DNA of 64,000 nt from Leucoraja ocellata (Eukaryota), in contig JAWMAR010000786.1 of NCBI GenBank assembly GCA_036785375.1, positions 434,001 to 498,000 on the forward strand. The letters run 5' to 3'. The position numbers and the translations under genes are program-made. This document shows, piece by piece, positions 62,376-64,000 of the stretch. A model generated the notes under the pieces. The model saw only the letters and a list, made by a program, of their open reading frames with translations, was not told the origin of the DNA and ran no database searches. How positions within the stretch are numbered: the stretch's first letter is position 1; each line of letters starts with the position of its first letter.

Positions 62376-63894
62376 GTGAGTAGTATCTTGGCACACTGAG
62401 TATGTGAAAAGGTGTACCGTGCCTGCCGACATTGATGTTAGTCCCCATTAGTTTTATGTTGTTATGTATCGTTCCAAAGTCTGAGCTGTATTGTTCATTA
62501 ATCCTTTCTAGCCGAGGTCATGTGATCTAAAGATTAATAGAGACTAGATGCCGTATTGTGCTTAGCATCGTGCTACAATATCAAACAAAATCAGTCGGTC
62601 ACACAAAATAGACTGATAATCATCATTTTTTGTGCTTGAAGTTTGAATTATTCAACAATTTTAATCAAGCAAAAAATAAAAATAAAAGTAGATCATTAAC
62701 ATTTGAAATCAAAATCTGAGATTTCTCTTTGGGGACATTGGCTTCAGAAAAATATATAAAATAGTCACTAGAAGGGAAACAAGCCAGAAAGGTTTGTGTT
62801 TCTGCAGTGTATAATGCATAATGTTGAACACATCTCTGGTTTGAAACATTTTTCAGTCATTAGGCATTGATTTATGGTGGGGTGATCTAAAATTCAAGAT
62901 ATTATTAAACAAATTTTATTTTAAACATTTAAAAAATTCTGAAAGCAATTAGTCTTACTTTCAAATATTATCATTATTTACAACTGGAAAGTTAAAATGT
63001 TATGCAACTGTAAAGCATGATTCCCACTGGCAAATCTGCAGGCAACTCCGTTTGTATTGAAGATGCAAACCCTGGCAGGTTTCCAGATTACTGCAGCAAT
63101 TTAATTTATGGTCATCAGATTATCCGGGGTAATGAAGAGGAGTGTCTCCATTGGTAATTCAAAAACTCAACGCAAAACAGATTAAATGCTCTGAACGTAT
63201 AATGCACTATTCAAAATAATGTCATGTTTAGTTGGATCATTGTTTGATTTGTCTTTTTTCTAGCAGTCATCCATAGCTCTTGAAGAAATAGATTTTCCTT
63301 GAAACTGCAGCATGTTGTTCGACATAATCAAGCAGTGTTCAGTGCACAGAGAAGCGTATGCTCTGTAATCAGGTCTTCCTTCTCCCCTTTATGTTTACTT
63401 GTCATGTCAGCAAACACACAGTAGTTTATTTTCTATGTCTTGTCTTTATGAATTTATGTTTTGTGTGTTGACTGAGTCTGTGCCTGTGATGCTGCCTCCA
63501 GCAAGATTTTCATTGTATCTGTACCTCACTGTACATGTGCAAATTTCAATAAAACCACTTCAAATTATTCATCCAAGATCATGGCAATCAATGTCCTCAA
63601 CATTTTCACTGCTATCTATTCAATGTTCAGATTCTGCTTGACCCATTGCTGCCAATTCCTCATTGTACAAGCCGGGATAAAAACTTTCTTCTGGAACGGT
63701 TTTGTTCTCTGGGCCACTCAACATGATTGGTCTACACACTGGCTCCTCAAAAGTCAGCATTTGCAAAAAGATTTCTGACTATACCTCTCACTATTACGCT
63801 TTTGTAGCAGAGAAACAAATAAAGGAGTGCGTCATTCAGTCCTTTGAGCTTGCTAGGCCATTTAATTACATCATGGTTGACTATCTTTGTCAAT

Positions 63895-63995
63895 ACCACA
63901 TTCCCCCTCTCTTCCTCTCTCCCATCGGGCAAAAGGTACAAAAGCTGGAAAACATACTGCCAGATTCAAGAACAGCTTCTTTGCCGCAGTTTTGA
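63895..63995 (+). mobile_element. Rex1/Babar-like LINE ORF2 C-terminal fragment
   Basis: Reads LPSGKRYKSWKT, then after a frameshift RFKNSFFAAV, matching the LPSGRRYRS...RLKNSFFP motif. Confidence 0.65.
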
Positions 63996-64000
63996 TTCCT

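Overview
This is vertebrate genomic DNA, most likely from a cartilaginous fish (skate/ray), inferred from the CR1/HER1-like LINE, HE1-like SINE and Penelope-type repeat content. The window holds the 5' part of one + strand gene, VAC14, the HEAT-repeat scaffold of the PIKfyve-FIG4 PI(3,5)P2 complex. It includes a CpG-island promoter, a putative non-coding first exon and 12 phase-consistent coding exons (1362 nt, 454 codons, [11 protein letters not shown]...TLSDESDE), and the gene continues past the window end. The intron after coding exon 8 is a minor-spliceosome (U12) intron. Nearly all other ORFs in the track are repeat remnants or chance ORFs. The most notable non-standard signals are: (1) a near-perfect ~120-bp inverted repeat bracketing coding exons 5-6 (circRNA/skipping architecture); (2) a 152-bp CpG-rich, fully open-reading insert of unknown origin with an 8-bp duplication inside a young CR1 tail; (3) minimal hammerhead-ribozyme motifs in many Penelope-type repeats, including a 160-bp fold-back centred on the motif; (4) a non-autonomous retroelement family with a Pol II-like 5' end and a 3' hairpin that varies in sequence but keeps its structure; (5) an intact Harbinger-type MITE. 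I found no evidence for a wholly new multi-gene system. Repeat family names and human/zebrafish comparisons come from recall and were not database-checked.
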